A DNA stretch of 64,000 nt from Octopus sinensis (Eukaryota). Each line of letters begins with the position of its first letter. The stretch's first letter is position 1. A model generated the notes under the pieces. The model saw only the letters and a list, made by a program, of their open reading frames with translations, did no database searches and was not told where the DNA came from. Positions 63,208-64,000 of this stretch are shown here, piece after piece. Position numbers and translations under genes: made by a program. The DNA lies in NCBI RefSeq assembly GCF_006345805.1, contig NC_043010.1:42842001-42906000 (forward strand). Reading direction: 5' to 3'.

Positions 63208-63427
63208 AATATTGGTTTCAAATTTTGGCACAAGGCCAGCAATTTCAGGGGAGGAGGTAAGTTAATTACATCAGCCACAGTGCTCAATTGGTTCTTATTT
63301 TATTGACCCCTAAAAGGACGAAAGGCAAAGTTGACCTAGCAGAATTTGAACTCAGAACATGAAGACAGACAAAATGTCACCAAGCATTTTGCTTGGTGTG
63401 TTAATGATCCTGCCAGCTCTCCACCTT
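63208..63427 (-). mobile_element. SINE family B variant
   Basis: Flanked by TGAATAG(G/A)GTATAATATTG duplication. Confidence 0.8.
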
Positions 63428-64000
63428 GAATAGAGTATAATATTGATGAAAGAGTATATATGTTTATAGATTACTCTCAGTAATTATTTCTCATCCATAC
63501 ATTATTATTTTTTGTAAGATTTTATTTATATTGAAAAAATTTGTAAACATTTCTTTTTTTCATTTTTCTTTTCAAACCTTTCTCAAAATTTGATATAATA
63601 ATTACTGTTATAATATAATACTGTTATTTTCCATTGTTCCCTGTCCTGTTTTCTTTCCAATCACTAACCTAAAATAATTCAATTTAAACATTAATCATAT
63701 CCCAATCTCACTTATTATCAATATCTACAAATTTAGATGGTCCTATAAAGGATGTAGGCACTGTCTCTAGTGTCCCAAACAAGTGTAATAAAAGGAAAAA
63801 AATGTTTCAGTAACTCTTTCAACTAGATTTTAGATTTAATGAAATAACTTGTAATTGAATTTATTAGTATTACTTAAATCTTGATTAAAGCCTATATTTA
63901 GTTTTATTTCTGTTTTGTTTTAAATAATCAAATATTTCAAGAAAATTCACCATGAATCATATGATACCATCAAATATTCCTAACTTTGACTTGGTTGATT

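Overview
AT-rich, repeat-dense animal genomic DNA. The SINE, RTE-tail and MITE families look like those of Octopus (inferred from sequence recall, not searched). Two C2H2 zinc-finger genes, each with a single coding exon, lie head-to-head: 3679-5943 (-) and 33552-35102 (+). They appear to share a CpG-retaining promoter region at about 13.7-16.7 kb, linked to the coding exons by non-coding 5' exons and long TE-filled introns. The rest is mostly mobile DNA: RTE and CR1 LINE fragments, tRNA-derived SINEs, piggyBac and hAT MITEs with target-site duplications (TSDs), a Helitron, mariner/Tc1 relics and an internally deleted Ty3/Gypsy element. The best lead is a ~370-bp insert inside that LTR element. 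It joins a tRNA-like Pol III head to a minimal type-I hammerhead ribozyme and carries an inverted duplication of the head (retrozyme or non-autonomous Penelope-like). Other leads are a PHD-type finger inside RTE reverse transcriptase, the unusual repeat architecture of the minus-strand ZNF protein, and several fold-back structures. Boundaries of degraded repeats are approximate.
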